From a candidate division FCPU426 bacterium (lineage in GTDB: Bacteria; Oederibacteriota; Muellerivitia; Muellerivitales; Muellerivitaceae): 64,000 nucleotides of DNA. The stretch is taken from contig CAVYSE010000028.1 in assembly GCA_963771075.1 (NCBI GenBank), forward strand, positions 352,001-416,000. Direction: 5' to 3'. Below, piece by piece: positions 1-9,887 of this stretch. The notes beneath the pieces are model-generated. The model worked only from the letters and a program-made list of their open reading frames with translations. It ran no database searches and was not told the origin of the DNA. A program made the position numbers and the translations under genes. Positions within the stretch are counted from its first letter, which is position 1, and each line of letters begins with the position of its first letter.

Positions 1-182
1 GGCCATGCGCGCGGGCCAGGACCTCCCGTAGGTGCCGCACCAACAGGCGGTTGGGGACGAGGACCACCAACGGGGTCAGGGGGTCTTTTAGCCTGAGTTC
101 CTTCACTTCATCAAACAGCGACTGTTCAAGGAAGGGCTGATAAGGGCCTAAATAAATTGAAAAACCCAAGGGAAGGCTCCAT
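1..182 (-). CDS. N-terminal fragment (runs off the window) of a probable AddB/RexB-like helicase-nuclease subunit, apparently frameshifted
   Basis: Manual reverse translation across indels gives ...LGPYQPFLEQSLFDEVKELRLKDP / TPLVVLVPNRLLVRHLREVLARAHG; the 'vlVPn' motif resembles AddB-family N-termini. Confidence 0.4.
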
Positions 183-281
183 GGAAAGGGGGGAGGGTGC
201 TTTTCTTTCGGGGCATTATATATAATCGCTTTTCCCAAAACCCTAAAGGTCGCGGGTCCGATTCAACCCAGGGGAGCTTGC

Positions 282-1124
282 ATGTCTCGTGAAATCCTAG
301 TCGCCACCGCCGCTGGCTTCTGCTTCGGCGTGAAACGCGCCATCCAGAAGGCTGAAACCATGGAGAAAGCCTTCATTTTCGGCTCCCTCATCCACAACCC
401 CCAGGAAGTCGACCGCCTGGCCTCCCTCAACAAGAAGATCGTGCACACGCTGGAAGAGGTCGAGGACAACAAGGTGGTCATCACCGCGCATGGCTTGGAC
501 GTGAATGTCCTGGACCACATCAAGGAAAAGGGGCTTGAGATCATCGACACCACATGCCCCCTGGTGACCAGGATTTACAACGAGGGAACGAAACTTCAGG
601 ATCAGGGGCTCCAGATCGTCATCATTGGCGACCCCAAACACGTAGAAGTCAAAGGCATCGCCAGCCGCATGAAAAACCCGATTATCATTTATAACGAGGA
701 GGATATTTCCCAGGTCCCACAGGGTTCCCGCATCGGCGTGGTTTGCCAAAGCACCCTATTGCTGGAAAAATTCGACCGCTTCGTGGGGCTTCTAAGGGGC
801 CGTTGCTCCGAGGTGATTCCCGTCAATACCATCTGCAAGCCCACCAAGGACCGCCAGAACGCGGCGGCGACCCTATCCAAACAGGTTGATTTGATGGTGG
901 TCATCGGGGGCCGTAATTCGTCCAACACCCACAAGCTGGCCGATACCTGCCAGGAATTCCTTCCCAATTCGACTTACCATATCGAGACCGCCCAGGAATT
1001 GGACTCCCAGTGGTTCGCGGGCAAGAACAAGATCGGCATCACTGCCGGCGCTTCCACCCCCGATTACCTGATCGAGGAAGTCATCGCAAAGATCCGCACC
1101 TACGACGAGCTGGTTCCCGCCTAA
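282..1124 (+). CDS. ispH: 4-hydroxy-3-methylbut-2-enyl diphosphate reductase
   Basis: AGFCFGVKRA, LIHNP, TAHG, DTTCPLV, NTICKPT..RQ, GGRNSSNT, GITAGASTPD motifs. Confidence 0.97.
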   Translation: MSREILVATAAGFCFGVKRAIQKAETMEKAFIFGSLIHNPQEVDRLASLNKKIVHTLEEVEDNKVVITAHGLDVNVLDHIKEKGLEIIDTTCPLVTRIYNEGTKLQDQGLQIVIIGDPKHVEVKGIASRMKNPIIIYNEEDISQVPQGSRIGVVCQSTLLLEKFDRFVGLLRGRCSEVIPVNTICKPTKDRQNAAATLSKQVDLMVVIGGRNSSNTHKLADTCQEFLPNSTYHIETAQELDSQWFAGKNKIGITAGASTPDYLIEEVIAKIRTYDELVPA

Positions 1125-1139
1125 TTTTCCAAGGGCCTT

Positions 1140-2159
1140 CTAATTTCTGGAATGGACCGCTTTCAGCCACCGCTCCAAAGTCTTCATATTGCCTAGGGTA
1201 TCTTCCCAGGACATGCGGGGGGATTCCTTCAAACCCAGTTGTAAGCACCGCCCCACCTCATCCGCTTCCAGGCCATAAAGGTTCTGTTTCTCGGTGATCT
1301 TGAAGACTTTTGGTTTTTTCTCATAAATTTGGACCTCGATTGTCGAGATCCCTTTGCTCCACCGTCCCGGATGCCAAGGGGTCGGGGCATGGATCTTTCC
1401 CTTTGAACCCCAAATAGTTACCCCAACGCCTTTTGACAAACGGGTTCCACAGCAAAGCTGGCCAAGGACCCCGTTCGGAAATTGAAGCGACGCCACGGCC
1501 ATTTCATCCACCCCGGTTAATGGGGAGAGAAGGCCGGTTCCCATAACAACGGTGGGGTTCAAGAAGGGTTTTCCGGACGCCGCACCCGCCAAAAGCCGGG
1601 CCATAGAGGCTGGGTAGCACCCAATATCGAGGATTCCGCCTCCGCCCAGTTTCTTGTTCCAAAGCCGGTGTTTCACATTCACGGGCCGGTCAAAACTGAA
1701 AACGGACTCGATCAACTTCACCTCGCCCACCGCCTTTTGGCGGATCAACTGAACCAGGCGCGCGGTCTGGGGATGGCACCGGTACATGAAAGCTTCCATC
1801 AAAAAAACCCGGTGTTTCCGGGTGGCTTCCAGAACCTTGGCCGTATCCTTTAACGTCATGGTCAGGGGTTTTTCGCAAAGGATCGCTTTTCCGGCCTTCG
1901 CGGCATTGATCGCCCACTCAGCGTGGAAAGGATGAGGCGGGGCAATATAAACCGCGTCCACTTCGCTGTCTTGCAATAGCTCGGCATAGGAACCGTAGTA
2001 GTAAGGAATTTGATACTGGCTGGCGAATTCTAAAGCGGGTTTTTCCTGCCGGCTGGCCACTGCGGTCAAGACACCGGTTTTAGAAACCTTTACGGCTTCC
2101 GCGAAGGCGTGGGCAATGCCGCCGGTGGAGAGAATGCCCCAGTGAATTTTTCGGGTCAT
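1140..2159 (-). CDS. Gfo/Idh/MocA family oxidoreductase
   Basis: WGILSTGGIA, DAVYIAPP..H, ILCEKP, GGGGILDIGCY. Confidence 0.93.
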   Translation of the reverse strand: MTRKIHWGILSTGGIAHAFAEAVKVSKTGVLTAVASRQEKPALEFASQYQIPYYYGSYAELLQDSEVDAVYIAPPHPFHAEWAINAAKAGKAILCEKPLTMTLKDTAKVLEATRKHRVFLMEAFMYRCHPQTARLVQLIRQKAVGEVKLIESVFSFDRPVNVKHRLWNKKLGGGGILDIGCYPASMARLLAGAASGKPFLNPTVVMGTGLLSPLTGVDEMAVASLQFPNGVLGQLCCGTRLSKGVGVTIWGSKGKIHAPTPWHPGRWSKGISTIEVQIYEKKPKVFKITEKQNLYGLEADEVGRCLQLGLKESPRMSWEDTLGNMKTLERWLKAVHSRN

Positions 2160-2178
2160 GACATTCCCTTCTTGAGGA

Positions 2179-2226
2179 ATAGCTTTTAGCCGTTAGCTAA
2201 TAACCAACCACTAACAGCTAATGGCT
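2179..2226. repeat. Degenerate 7-nt-period intergenic repeat with inverted halves
   Basis: tagcttt tagccgt tagctaa ... ctaacag ctaatgg ct. Confidence 0.5.
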
Positions 2227-2445
2227 TTCTAATGTTTCTTTCATCATCTTCGCCAGGGTGTCGCAGCAGCAGTCAAACCCCATGTTCTGCTTTCCCGGGC
2301 CAGCTCCCTCATTCATCTTAAGTTTAGGGCTTTTTCCATGGACGGGGCAAACCAGGGTTGCCGCCTTGGCTTCCAAGGCTTTTAAGGCCGCTTCCAAGGC
2401 GCTCTTTTGGATTTCCTCTTTAAACTCTCCACTCATCTTTGACAC
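2218..2445 (-). CDS. Small hypothetical protein with CPxH and CCCD motifs (possible metal binder)
   Basis: 75-aa ORF with GAGGTG RBS-like sequence at its 5' end; VCPVHGK...FDCCCD. Confidence 0.65.
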   Translation of the reverse strand: MSKMSGEFKEEIQKSALEAALKALEAKAATLVCPVHGKSPKLKMNEGAGPGKQNMGFDCCCDTLAKMMKETLESH

Positions 2446-2532
2446 CTCATCAAAAACTTACTTATTAATGGTTTATTCAAAAAAAAGTATTTCTTCGCGC
2501 CCTTCGCGGTAAAAATTTTGTTGCTATAAAAC

Positions 2533-2564
2533 AAAAAAGCCCGTCCCCCTAGAGGGACGGGCTT
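2533..2564 (-). terminator. Rho-independent terminator downstream of the LysM gene
   Basis: aagcccgtccc-cctaga-gggacgggctt stem with an A-run on the + strand (U-tract on the - strand). Confidence 0.85.
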
Positions 2565-2579
2565 GATTGTCAGCGGCCA

Positions 2580-2993
2580 TCAGAAATAATCGATCGGCAG
2601 GGTGTTGCGCGGCGAAGAATGTGGCGCGAACTTCGGCGTCTTGGAGGCCAAGGACCGGGCGTTCGAAAGGTCATCGCTCGAGGCATCCATGCGGATCTTC
2701 AGGTCTTGTTTGGGATAGATCAAATCCGGGTCCTGGATCAAGTCGCGGTTGGTCTTGAAGATCAAGGGCCAGGCGAAGCTGTCGGCGTAGGTGCTTTTCT
2801 TGCCAGCGATTCCCCAAAGGGTGTCGCGATGCTTCACCATGTAATCGCTCAGCTTCATGGGGGTCGGAACGGCGGTTGGCGCGGCTTCCGCGACCGGCTT
2901 GGCGGTCTCAACCGTTTTAGTGCTGCTACAACCAATGGCCAAACCCGCTACGGCGACCATGGAAAGAATCAGATTTAATTTTGCGCTACCCAT
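2580..2993 (-). CDS. LysM peptidoglycan-binding lipoprotein
   Basis: Lipobox LAIGC; YMVKHRDTLWGIA...WPLIFKTNRDLIQDPDLIYPKQDLKI. Confidence 0.9.
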   Translation of the reverse strand: MGSAKLNLILSMVAVAGLAIGCSSTKTVETAKPVAEAAPTAVPTPMKLSDYMVKHRDTLWGIAGKKSTYADSFAWPLIFKTNRDLIQDPDLIYPKQDLKIRMDASSDDLSNARSLASKTPKFAPHSSPRNTLPIDYF

Positions 2994-3214
2994 AGGTGTC
3001 TCCTTGATGGCTTAAAAAAGCGTTGTGCCTTTATTTTGCAGCTAAATATTAGACGAATCAAGGCTCTTTTCCAGCCTCAAATGGATGAAAAGCCGTTTTT
3101 TATCCCCGGGAGGTCTTAAATCGTTAAAAACGCCTTCTGTGGGTGCCCGGTTATCCACAACCCATCGAGAAACAAACAATTAACAAGGTGATGAAAAGTG
3201 TCCTTATTCACCCC

Positions 3215-4267
3215 TTAACAAATTCTTGGAAGTTGTTCCCCACTCAACAGGTCCAAAATGCGGGTAGCTCCCGTTACGCTTTTGAGCCGAACCGATTTAC
3301 CTGCCCCTTCCAACACATGGCCTATCACCCTGGATTGGGAACTGACCTGGTATTTAGCCAGTATTTCCAAGGCTTTTGTGGCCTCTTTTTCAGGCAGGAT
3401 CAGGGCAAAACGTCCCTCATTAGCGACATACAAAGGATCTAGACCCAACAACTCGCAGGCCGCGTTGACGGGTTTAGTAATGGGAATGAGGGCCTCGTCC
3501 AATAGGATCGGATGGGGCCCCGCCTGAGCGATCTCGTTCACCGCCGAAGCCAGCCCCCCCCGGGTCAAATCCCGCAGGCAGTGAACGTCCAACCCCGCTT
3601 TTAAAAGAGCCAAGACCGGCTCATGCAAAAAGGCGCAGTCGCTTTCCAATGTGGTTTCGAATTCCAATCCCTCCCGGGCGGCCATGATGGCGATTCCGTG
3701 GCGGCCCAGGTCCCCGCTGAGGATCACCGCGTCACCAGCCTTTACACCCGCCGGGGATATTTCCCATTTTCCTTCCACCACCCCAACGCCCGAGGTATTG
3801 ATGAAAACCCCGTCTCCTTTTCCCTTATCCACCACCTTGGTATCGCCAGTCACGATATAAACCCCGGCTTCATCGGCAGATTTGCGCATGGACTGGGCGA
3901 TTTTCCATAACTGGTCCAGGGGGAATCCCTCTTCCAAGATGAATCCAGCAGTCAGGTAAAGGGGCTTGGCACCCGCCATCGCCAAATCGTTAACCGTTCC
4001 CGTCACGGCCAACTTGCCGATGTCGCCACCAGGGAAAAAGATAGGTTTTACCACGTAGGAATCGGTGGTCATGGCGATACGGGTGCCAGGCAGGTCCATT
4101 ACCGAGGCGTCGTGGCGCTTTAAAAGGGGCGCGTTCCCGAAAGCGGGCAGGAAGATTTTTTCAATCAGTTGCTGGGTCAGCGTTCCCCCGCCGCCATGGG
4201 CCAGGAGAATCCGGTCGTAATCGTTGAAGGGGATGGGACAATCGAGCGCGAAACCGCTATCGGACAT
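3215..4267 (-). CDS. hypE: Hydrogenase maturation protein HypE
   Basis: [46 protein letters not shown]-terminal GEQLPRIC. Confidence 0.97.
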   Translation of the reverse strand: MSDSGFALDCPIPFNDYDRILLAHGGGGTLTQQLIEKIFLPAFGNAPLLKRHDASVMDLPGTRIAMTTDSYVVKPIFFPGGDIGKLAVTGTVNDLAMAGAKPLYLTAGFILEEGFPLDQLWKIAQSMRKSADEAGVYIVTGDTKVVDKGKGDGVFINTSGVGVVEGKWEISPAGVKAGDAVILSGDLGRHGIAIMAAREGLEFETTLESDCAFLHEPVLALLKAGLDVHCLRDLTRGGLASAVNEIAQAGPHPILLDEALIPITKPVNAACELLGLDPLYVANEGRFALILPEKEATKALEILAKYQVSSQSRVIGHVLEGAGKSVRLKSVTGATRILDLLSGEQLPRIC

Positions 4268-4322
4268 TTTCAAAATTCCTTTAGAGGATGGTTTTCCATT
4301 CTGTTAAATTTTTACGAAAAAA

Positions 4323-4547
4323 TTAAAGAAGTTGAATGAATTCTTCGACGGATAACCCGGCGTCATTAATGATCCGGCGGAGGGTTCCTAATTTAACATC
4401 GCCAGGATGGCTCGGAACAGTCACGGGATTTGGATGGCCTTCTTTGTAAAGAATAGCGTGGCTTCCGGTATGGTGATCCAGGTGAAAACCAACCCTGCGA
4501 AGGGCGGAAAGAACTTCCCGAGCTTTACAAACAGGAACTTTCGGCAA
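4323..4547 (-). CDS. hicA: HicA family toxin
   Basis: GF...TGSHAIL...VTVPSH.GDVKLGTLRRIINDAGLSVEEF. Confidence 0.92.
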   Translation of the reverse strand: MPKVPVCKAREVLSALRRVGFHLDHHTGSHAILYKEGHPNPVTVPSHPGDVKLGTLRRIINDAGLSVEEFIQLL

Positions 4548-4550
4548 GGT

Positions 4551-4763
4551 TTAAACAGTCAGGGCGACGGATTTGGAATGTTTCTTTCGGGCTATCGAAA
4601 GGGAGTGTTTGTTTGCGACGATTAAATAACCTTCAAGCGCATCCAAGAGGGATCTTTTGGCTTCCTGCAGAGTCTCTCCCTCGGAGATGCAACCCGGGAA
4701 AGCGGGGATATAAGCGGTGTAACCGCCCTCTTTTTGTGGTTCAAAAATCGCGTTGATTTTCAT
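4551..4763 (-). CDS. hicB: HicB family antitoxin (short, no DNA-binding domain)
   Basis: EGGYTAYIPAFPGCISEGETLQEA...DALEGYL. Confidence 0.92.
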   Translation of the reverse strand: MKINAIFEPQKEGGYTAYIPAFPGCISEGETLQEAKRSLLDALEGYLIVANKHSLSIARKKHSKSVALTV

Positions 4764-4851
4764 GGATTAAGATTAACAAATATTAACAATTCATTCCAGG
4801 GGGACCCGAGCGGATTTCTTTTTAAAATCGAACAGTTAGTTATTGTTTCCA

Positions 4852-4937
4852 CGCCACCGTGGGCCTGGAGCACGCGGTCGTAATCGTTGAAGGGGATGGG
4901 GCATCCGAGCGCGAAACCACTATCTGACATTTTCAAA
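4852..4937 (-). pseudogene. Diverged duplicate of the hypE 5' end
   Basis: About 86-nt direct repeat of 4189-4274 (about 11 mismatches by manual alignment); encodes [26 protein letters not shown], then similarity stops. Confidence 0.9.
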
Positions 4938-4979
4938 TGCCCCTTTCAGAACAAAGTCTATAAAACACAAACAATTAAT

Positions 4980-5999
4980 TTATTCTTCAACTCTCTCGAA
5001 TAAATAGAATTCATCACCACCATACTCCAGAATCATCTTTTGTTTTTCCATATCCACTACGATTTCTTTCAAATTACCTCTAAAATCATTATTCTTATTA
5101 ATTGGTTCTGTTTTATATACGAATATTTTGTCACTGAAATTGAAATCCCCTGATCTCAATCCCCCGCCACCTGAACCCCAAGCAGTTGAATCCCAGAAAT
5201 AAAAATTTTCACTTTTTATTAGTTTTGGACTATCTGAAATGCGAAATGTGAGTTTTCCATCAGTAAGATTGAGAGACATCATATTAGAACTGACATAAGC
5301 AGTCCTAAGTATATTAGCTTTTGCAACATCATCTGCATCGTTCTGGGTTACTCCGTTTAGGACATAATCGGTCATCCGCCAAATGCCATCCAAATTGCTA
5401 TATGAATGTAAAGTTACATTTTTGTGATGTCGGCGTGTTATATAGCTCGTACAATTTCTTAATAAACTGTTTTCGGAATTTGTGGGATAAATTGCACCCA
5501 CTTCAAAATGAAGCGCTCCATATCCAATGACATATCCTAAATAATTTGAATAAATTTTATTCCGGTCTTGATCAAGAATTGCATCTTTAAAATCTTGATT
5601 GAAAAATTCCTCCTTATGTTCAAGAAGACCTTTTGCATTGGAAAATATTTGAGTCTTAAACTCCCAATTTTCTTTCTCATCATTTATTTGATCATTTAAA
5701 CAAACGGGATAATCAATTTGGTTGGCAAGCCACACATAATCGTTATTTATGACCGCTTGTTTGATACGGTCAAAATATTCTTTAGCTTTTATATCTTCCG
5801 GTGAATCTACTATTTGGGACTCATAAATGTTTACTGATACCCCCCTACTTATTTGTGGAGCGGAAATGCTTTTGATTTCATCACCTAAACAAAAACTGTA
5901 ATTAAAAATAAAAGACAAAAATGATAAAAACATGAGTTTGATTATTGAAATTCTCATTTTTATCTCGCGATTTCTAACCCCTAGAGATATTTCATTCAT
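4980..5999 (-). CDS. Low-GC hypothetical exported protein
   Basis: 339-aa ORF, markedly AT-rich, hydrophobic signal-like N-terminus; family not recognised. Confidence 0.75.
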   Translation of the reverse strand: MNEISLGVRNREIKMRISIIKLMFLSFLSFIFNYSFCLGDEIKSISAPQISRGVSVNIYESQIVDSPEDIKAKEYFDRIKQAVINNDYVWLANQIDYPVCLNDQINDEKENWEFKTQIFSNAKGLLEHKEEFFNQDFKDAILDQDRNKIYSNYLGYVIGYGALHFEVGAIYPTNSENSLLRNCTSYITRRHHKNVTLHSYSNLDGIWRMTDYVLNGVTQNDADDVAKANILRTAYVSSNMMSLNLTDGKLTFRISDSPKLIKSENFYFWDSTAWGSGGGGLRSGDFNFSDKIFVYKTEPINKNNDFRGNLKEIVVDMEKQKMILEYGGDEFYLFERVEE

Positions 6000-6087
6000 C
6001 CAAGTCTACAAACTTTAAGCTCTCCCACCCAAATCCATTATGACAAAGCATCTAGAGACATTTGTTTGACATTTATGGGCTCTTTTG

Positions 6088-6103
6088 TGTGATGGAAGTC
6101 ATA
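6088..6103. promoter_or_regulatory. TGTGA-N6-TCATA palindrome upstream of the ech operon
   Basis: tgtga tggaag tcata; matches the sites at 24941, 25309 and 25335. Confidence 0.6.
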
Positions 6104-6165
6104 ATAAAAATAAACAAGGGGGCATAGAGTAACTATACAAAATCGTTGAAAAAGCGAGGAAAACC

Positions 6166-8079
6166 GTGAATTTGATTGGATTCCTGATCCTATTTCCGCT
6201 CGTACCAGCCCTGCTCTTGGCCGTTATTTCCAACCAGGCCGTTCGGGCCTGGGTGGTCAACCTAAGTGTGGCGGCCATCGCCGCCGCAACCATCGCTTTG
6301 ACCTATGTTTACATGGGCGGGCAGGCCGTTTTCTTCAATTTCGACCCCTCCTGGGTTGATCAGGTTCTGTTGATCGGCGAAGGCATCCTCACCCTCTATC
6401 CTTCTCTGGAGCTGCAAGAACATCAAAAAGAGCGAAGCCTGGATTCCCGCCCTTCTTATCATCCAGGCGGGGCTTACTGCCTATACCGAATTTGCGATCG
6501 GCCCCGCCCCCGTGGAGAACACCCTCTATGTCGATAACTTCTCCCTCATCATGGCCCTCATTATCGGTATCATCGGCGGTTTGATCTGCGTTTACGCCAT
6601 CGCCTACATGAAGGACCACCACGACCACCACCCGGAAATTGTCGGACGACCGCCGCGGGTTCTTCTTCCTGCTCTTCCTCTTCCTCTCGGCCATGTTCGG
6701 CGTGGTCTTTTCGAACCACCTGGGCTGGCTTTTCTTCTTCTGGGAAATTACGACCCTCTGCTCTTTCCTCCTGATCGGCTACAACAAGGATGAGATCGGC
6801 ATCCGCAACGCCTACCACGCCCTGGGATTGAACCTCATCGGCGGGGTGGGCTTCGCGCTGGCCCTCTTTTTAATGGCCCAAAACCACCTGGCCCCGGCTT
6901 TGGATTCGCTGGTTGCCTTGGGCAGGACGGGCCTGCTGGTGGCCGTGCTTCCCGCCACGCTCATCTGCTTCGCGGGGCTGACCAAATCGGCCCAGCTTCC
7001 CTTCAGTTCCTGGCTCTTGGGCGCCATGGTGGCCCCGACCCCCGTTTCCGCCCTGTTGCATTCCTCCACCATGGTCAAGGCGGGGGTCTTCATCATCGTC
7101 AAGTTCGCGCCCGTCATGGAAAAGAACCCGGGAGTCGGCTTTTTCTTGGGCTTGGTCGGTGGCGTCACCTTCCTGGCCGCTTCGCTCTCCGCCGTCACCC
7201 AATCCAACGCCAAACGGGTACTTGGCCTATTCCACCATCGCCAACCTGGGGTTAGTGGTGGCTTGCGCCGGGGTCGGCACCCCGCAGGCGATTTGGGCGG
7301 CCATCTTGTTGATCATCTTCCACGCCATTGCCAAGGGCCTGCTCTTCCAGGCGGTCGGTACCGTCGAGCACAAGATCGGAAGCCGCGACATCGAGGATAT
7401 GGACGGTCTTATCGTCACCCGCCCCGGCTTGGCCTTCGTGCTCTTGATTGGAATCCTGGGCATGTTCCTGGCACCCTTCGGAATGCTGATCTCCAAATGG
7501 GCCTGCTTGCAGGCCTTTATCCAGGCCGATCCGATCCTGGCCATCCTTTTGGCCTTCGGCAGCGCGCCCACCCTTTTCTTCTGGGCCAAATGGATGGGCA
7601 AACTCATCAGCATGCCCACCCTGGAGCGCGCCAAGGACAAGGCCAGCGGTTACGAATGGGCTTCCCTGGGCACCCTGTCGGTCTTGACCATCGCGGCCTG
7701 CGCCCTCTTTCCCCTCGTTTCCTCCCAAATGATCCTTCCCTACCTGCAATCCGTGGGCGTGTTCCTCGACCCCTTAAGCCGGGGCAACATGTCCATCATG
7801 ATCGTGATGCTGGGGGCCTTTTTGGTTCTCCCCCCCGCCTTTCTTTTCCGCCCCAAGAAGGACCAGGTGGTGGCTTCCTACCTGGCGGGCGCCAACCTGA
7901 ACAACGGCAATTCGCAGTTTCTGGGCTCTATCCAGAGGACGATGGGAGTTGAAATGCGCAACTACTACCTCACTTCCATCTTCAGCGAAAAGTGGATCTC
8001 CTTAATCGGCGGGGCGGTCTGTATCGGCCTCTTCGCGGTGATGTTCGCCCTGTCGGCCACCAACCCGGGTTGGGGCTTC
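6166..8079 (+). CDS. echA: Ech hydrogenase antiporter-like subunit A (frameshifts near 6400, 6640, 7220); continues in frame into EchB
   Basis: FFWEITTLCSFLLIGY, AGLTKSAQLPFSSWLLGAMVAPTPVSALLHSSTMVKAGVF, LAYSTIANLGL, FHAIAKGLLF, GMFLAPFGMLISKW. Confidence 0.9.
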
Positions 8080-8982
8080 ATGCCATCCATACCGATGGCG
8101 CAATCGGGCTCGGGACTGACCCTGGTCCAGAAACTGATCGGTCTCGGTGTCTTTCTCGTCGGGGCGCCCATCCTAGGCGGGCTCTTAGGCGGGTTTGACC
8201 GGATCGTCTCGGCCCGCATGCAGGGCCGGGTGGGACCGCCGATCTTGCAGCCCTTCTTCGACGTCATGAAACTTCTGCAAAAGCGCACGGTGGTCGTGAA
8301 CCAGGCTCAGGCCTACTACGTGGCCTGCTTCCTCCTCTTCATCGTCCTGACCGGCGCCCTCTTCTTCATGGGCGGCGACCTACTCTTGGTGGTGTTCGCC
8401 CTGACGGTCGGGGCTCTCTTTTTGGTCCTCGCGGCCTACTGCCCCAACTCGCCCTACAGCAATATCGGCGCCGAGCGGGAACTTTTGCAGATGATGTCCT
8501 ATGAGCCCATGCTCCTTTTGATGGCGCTGGGGATGTACCAGGCGGCCCACAGCTTCCACGTGACGGCGGTGGCGGCCGATATCCACCCCCTGTGGCTGGC
8601 CCTGCCGGGGATCTTGCTGGGCTTCATTTACATCCTCACCATCAAGCTTCGAAAGTCGCCCTTCGACCTTTCCACCTCGCACCACGGCCACCAGGAACTG
8701 GTGAAGGGGCTGACCACCGAGTTCTCGGGGTCCCAGCTGGCCCTCATCGAGGTGGGCCACTGGTATGAGAACATCCTCCTGATGGGCCTGGTCTACCTCT
8801 TCTTCGCGGCCTATTCGCCCTGGATCGCGGTGCTGGCGGTGGGCGCCATCTACCTCTTCGAGATCCTTATCGACAACTCTTACGCCCGCCTGACCTGGCA
8901 ATGGACGCTGAAAACTTCGTGGGCCGTGACCCTGGTGTTCGGGGCCGTGAATGTTTTGGTTCTTTACTACTTTTACCAATAA
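8080..8982 (+). CDS. echB: Ech hydrogenase membrane subunit B (NuoH-like); no stop separates it from echA
   Basis: DRIVSARMQGRVGPPILQPFFDVMKL, SPYSNIGAERELLQMMSYEP, KSPFDLSTSHHGHQELVKG. Confidence 0.9.
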   Translation: MPSIPMAQSGSGLTLVQKLIGLGVFLVGAPILGGLLGGFDRIVSARMQGRVGPPILQPFFDVMKLLQKRTVVVNQAQAYYVACFLLFIVLTGALFFMGGDLLLVVFALTVGALFLVLAAYCPNSPYSNIGAERELLQMMSYEPMLLLMALGMYQAAHSFHVTAVAADIHPLWLALPGILLGFIYILTIKLRKSPFDLSTSHHGHQELVKGLTTEFSGSQLALIEVGHWYENILLMGLVYLFFAAYSPWIAVLAVGAIYLFEILIDNSYARLTWQWTLKTSWAVTLVFGAVNVLVLYYFYQ

Positions 8983-8997
8983 AGGGGAGGGAAACCC

Positions 8998-9468
8998 GTG
9001 AGCTACCTATCGAAATCGCCTTGGATCATGCACTACGACGCTTCCAGCTGTAACGGATGCGACATCGAGGTGCTGGCCTGCCTGACGCCCCTTTACGACG
9101 TGGAGCGCTTCGGCATCATCAACACCGGCAACCCCAAGCACGCCGACATCCTGCTCATCACCGGATCGGTGAACGAACAGAACCGCGAGGTCGTGCGCAA
9201 CCTCTACAGCCAGATGCCCGACCCCAAGGCGGTCGTGGCCATCGGAGCCTGCGCCCTTTCGGGCGGCGTCTTCCGGGAATGCTACAACGTGCACCAGGGC
9301 GTGGATTCCACCATCCCCGTGGATGTCTACGTGCCGGGATGCGCGGCACGGCCCGAGGCCATCATTGACGGGGTGGTGCAGGCGCTGGGCCTCTTGGAAA
9401 AGAAGGCCGCGAATTTTAAGGCCGCTCCCGGGGCGAAGGCCCCCACGGCAGAGGCGGTGGCCGTATGA
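8998..9468 (+). CDS. echC: Ech hydrogenase small subunit C
   Basis: SSCNGCDIEV, NPKHADILL, GACALSGG, YVPGCAARPEAI. Confidence 0.95.
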   Translation: MSYLSKSPWIMHYDASSCNGCDIEVLACLTPLYDVERFGIINTGNPKHADILLITGSVNEQNREVVRNLYSQMPDPKAVVAIGACALSGGVFRECYNVHQGVDSTIPVDVYVPGCAARPEAIIDGVVQALGLLEKKAANFKAAPGAKAPTAEAVAV

Positions 9469-9887
9469 CAACCCATTTCGAGGAACAACCGGTCATAAGC
9501 ATTGATAAAAACGGCCTGGTGGCCAAGGTGGCCGAATTGAAGAAGGACGGCTACCGCCTGGTGCAGGTTTGCGCCACGACAGGCGCCGAGAATTTCGAGA
9601 TCACCTACAGCTTCGACAAGGACTACAAGTTCTTGAGCCTGCGCCTGAGCATTCCCCGCGCCGACGCGGTGTTGCCCAGCATTTCGGGCGAGTATTTCAT
9701 GGCCTTCACCTACGAGAACGAGTTCCAGGACCTCTTCGGTATCAAGGTGACGGACCTGAAGCTCGACTTCGGGGGCAAGTTTTACCAGCTGGCCAAGAAG
9801 ACGCCCTTTAATGAAACCAAGGCCGAGGCTACGGCAGCCGCCCAAGCCGTTATTACAAAACCGGCGAACGCCGGGGAGGTTAAGTAA
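9465..9887 (+). CDS. echD: Ech hydrogenase subunit D (NuoC-like)
   Basis: GYRLVQVCAT, EITYSFD, PSISG...YENEFQDLFGI. Confidence 0.9.
   Translation: MTTHFEEQPVISIDKNGLVAKVAELKKDGYRLVQVCATTGAENFEITYSFDKDYKFLSLRLSIPRADAVLPSISGEYFMAFTYENEFQDLFGIKVTDLKLDFGGKFYQLAKKTPFNETKAEATAAAQAVITKPANAGEVK

Noticed and set aside
3151..3159. Isolated perfect DnaA box TTATCCACA
   Set aside because: A single 9-mer can occur by chance in 64 kb, and there is no cluster
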